The notes below the pieces were generated by a model. It had not been told where the DNA came from, did not search any database, and saw only the letters and a program-made list of their open reading frames with translations. Positions 37,877-40,461 of a DNA stretch of 40,461 nucleotides are shown in pieces (positions within the stretch are counted from its first letter, which is position 1; each line of letters begins with the position of its first letter). This DNA is from Jimgerdemannia flammicorona (taxonomy: Eukaryota): NCBI GenBank assembly GCA_003990765.1, contig RBNJ01000120.1, forward strand, positions 1 to 40,461. The letters are read 5' to 3'. The translations under genes and the position numbers were made by a program.

Positions 37877-39841
37877 ATGGACGATTTTGACGACAAGCGC
37901 TGGCAGACCTTGACAGCTCGGTATCATATCCGAGCATGCATTGTGTCAGGAATTGGATTCTTCACGGACTTGTATGATCTCTTTGCGATCGGTATCGTTT
38001 CATATACGATCGGATTGGGGTATTATCCCGGCCGTCTGGTGATGATCTATTGCTCAAGGTCTCGGCGAGTATTGGTAGGTTTCAGTAGGATGGCCTAACG
38101 CACCGAAATATGATACCATATCCATATAGGATCGATGTTTGGTCAAAGTCTTCTTCGGCTGGCTAGCCGATCGTCTCGGACGTAAACGAATGTACGGGAC
38201 GGAGCTCATCACCATCATCGTCGCGTGCTTCGGAAGCGCCTTGTCAGCCAGCTCACCCGTCGCAGTATCATCATCGGATTAATCGTATTCTGGCGCGTCG
38301 TTATGGGAATCGGGATTGGGGGCGATGTGTCCAAATTTGATTTGTTGGTGTGGATAACATTCTGACTCGATATGTATTTTATTCCACGGTATCCTTTATC
38401 ACGTCCGAGTTTGCGAATACAAAGAGACGCGGAGCAATGATGGGTATAGTGGCCTATCTTCCCCCCCTGTTTGACATGGTTGACATTAGCGCCTTGCTTA
38501 TCGTTTTTGGACCGCTTATATATTGTAGCCGCTGTCGGTACAATCTCATTTGTTTCCATTGTCTTCGATCTTCTGCTTCAATTACTGAATTCATAACCTA
38601 TCTTCATCTCGTTTTCCTTCTTCACTCGACGTCCAGGCTTTGGCCAACTCGCCGTGGCTCTCTTCTCCCTCACCGTCATCGCGGTTTCCCCTTCCGCTCT
38701 CACCGCCAATACATGTATGTTGACTACACTTGGCGTATCGTCACAGGTCTAGGCGCCATCCCGGCCATAATCGCCTTCTACTATCGTCTGACGATACCAG
38801 AGACGCCGCGATACACGATCGATGTGGCGAACAAAGTCAGCCAAGGTGTGCAAGACGCCTCCGCTTGGCTTGAGACTGCCGCAGCGAGAGGCAACTACGA
38901 AGACGTGGATATAATCGAGAAGGCATCCCGCCTCTTGGAGCGATTTCGCGACCTATTTTCAGCCAGTGGAAGAACGCGAAACTTCTGTTCGCGACATCAT
39001 TTTACTAGTTTGCGTTGGATGTTGGTAAGTTGATGTATTATACATATTTTTCGGATTTCGACCTCCAGATATTGTTCCAGCTTTCTACGACTCGCATTTT
39101 TCATTCACTCCCTCTTATTACTATTATTATTATTTCCAATTTTACGTGTCCTTCAGCTGCCTATGGCATCGGCCTCAACAATACCAAGATTTTGACGGCT
39201 ATCAACATCGGCGGCAATACGGCGCGGCCCTACGACGCTTTGTATAGGTAATACGCTTATCAACCTGCTGGGCACGCTCTCCAGTTATTGGCTCACCGTC
39301 TTTCGGTGTGTTAGCCGTCATTTATCTCGTTATGGGATTTGGCTTTATCGCTATTTACAGCACGTCGAAGGTGTTGCTTGTCCTGCTATACACGCTCGGT
39401 CAACTCTTCCAAAATTCGGGCCCAACGCAACGACGTAAGCTGGATTCTTTCGAGCTATGTAAACGTGGCTACCATAAAGGCATAACGCTGATTGATCCCA
39501 TTCCACAGCTTCATTTACCCCGGCGAGATGTTCCCAACGCGCTACCGCTCTACTTGTCATGGTATCTCAGCTGCCTCTGGTAAGCTCGGTGCCGTTGGTG
39601 CGTAGATCGGCTTTTATTACCTGACCAAATCTGAGAACGACGACCAGTATAACCGCAGCCTGGGCAACTTTGTCGCCATTGCTGGATTCTTCATGCTCGC
39701 CAGGTTTCGCTCCGTAATTCATTAATTGACCAATTTTGTCGTGTTTGTTATTATTGCGTGCAGACGTTCTTGCTGCCGGAGACGAACAAGTCACTTGAGG
39801 AGCTTTCGAACGAGGATCAGTCCGGGTTTGGGAGACGGTGA
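37877..39841 (+). pseudogene. PHO84: PHO84-type phosphate:H+ symporter pseudogene
   Basis: Motifs SGIGFFTDLYDLF, FGWLADRLGRKRMYG.EL, WRVVMGIGIGGD, ITSEFA..KRRGAMM, YYRLTIPETPRYT and [25 protein letters not shown]. In-frame TAG at 39006-39008 and 39603-39605, plus several frameshifts (near 38145, 38262 and 38930-38960). Confidence 0.9.
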
Positions 39842-40461
39842 AGATTTAGAAAGCATGATGCGGATGGTATGTAGTCATCGTAATGTGTACAAAGGTTAGG
39901 TGCAGACTGATGCTACAGTATATATATTGAGTTTGCGAAGTGCCGGCGACGTAGATGTCTGGTGAAGTCCGTGGTACGACGCGTGCAAGAATTTCTGCAC
40001 TCATAATTTTGTATACTAATTATATAATTACCTACCTATTGGCAGTGCCTGGGCAGAATGAGGATAGTTGGTGGAACTGTGATGTTGGTACACCCTTGTA
40101 CAGTTTGATCGAGGCAAAGTTCCATCTTCTTGAATAGCACGATTCTCAAGCTTGAATATCGGAACTTGAGCAAGTTGATAACCAGCTTAAAGTCCGATTA
40201 ATCAATGTAGTATATTATAATATAATAATGGTGGCCACAGCGTCGCGTAACTCCTGAGAGAGCTGTCAAACCCGTGCCCAGAAATTCTTGCTGCAGCAAC
40301 AAGGGTCTGGCGTACGCTCGTACCAACCCAGTTGTTCATAAACCATGGGCAAAAATTTAATCAATTGTGGTAGGTAGGCAGGTTCGGGACAATGCATGCA
40401 TGACATGACACCGCGGATGACTGAGCAACCGGAGGGAGTGATATTTCTTTTTTTTTTTTTG

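Noticed and set aside
37877-39841. Stop-codon readthrough or alternative genetic code in PHO84
   Set aside because: The TAGs replace different residues (W and Q) and co-occur with frameshifts; other genes here use TAG as a normal stop.

Overview
Gene-dense eukaryotic DNA with short GT-AG introns, most consistent with an early-diverging fungus (Mucoromycota; Endogonales is a guess). The six-frame ORFs are mostly exon fragments, so I rebuilt the gene models by hand from splice sites. The left end (1-3.8 kb) holds CpG-depleted decayed repeat-like DNA and a frameshifted, truncated member of an uncharacterised gene family. Then, in order: an ankyrin-DysF-MIT-FYVE-RING (Pib1-like) E3 ligase, a second fragment of the uncharacterised family, CAF16-like ABC ATPase, mitochondrial ribosomal uS15m, mitochondrial MDH, an LRRC40-like LRR protein, RIB5, OAC1, a Gfd2/QIP-like DEDD exonuclease, an acetyl-CoA transporter, an intronless ~900-aa low-complexity protein with a C-terminal SRA/PUA-like domain, a FANCE-like gene, a peroxisomal acyl-CoA dehydrogenase, an AFG2/CDC48-family AAA ATPase with a degenerate D1 ring, and a PHO84-type phosphate transporter pseudogene. 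I see no rRNA, tRNA or CRISPR array, and no clear multi-gene novel system. The best leads are single genes: the SRA-like orphan, the multi-domain E3, fungal FANCE and the half-inactive AAA ATPase. All family calls come from motif recognition, not database searches.
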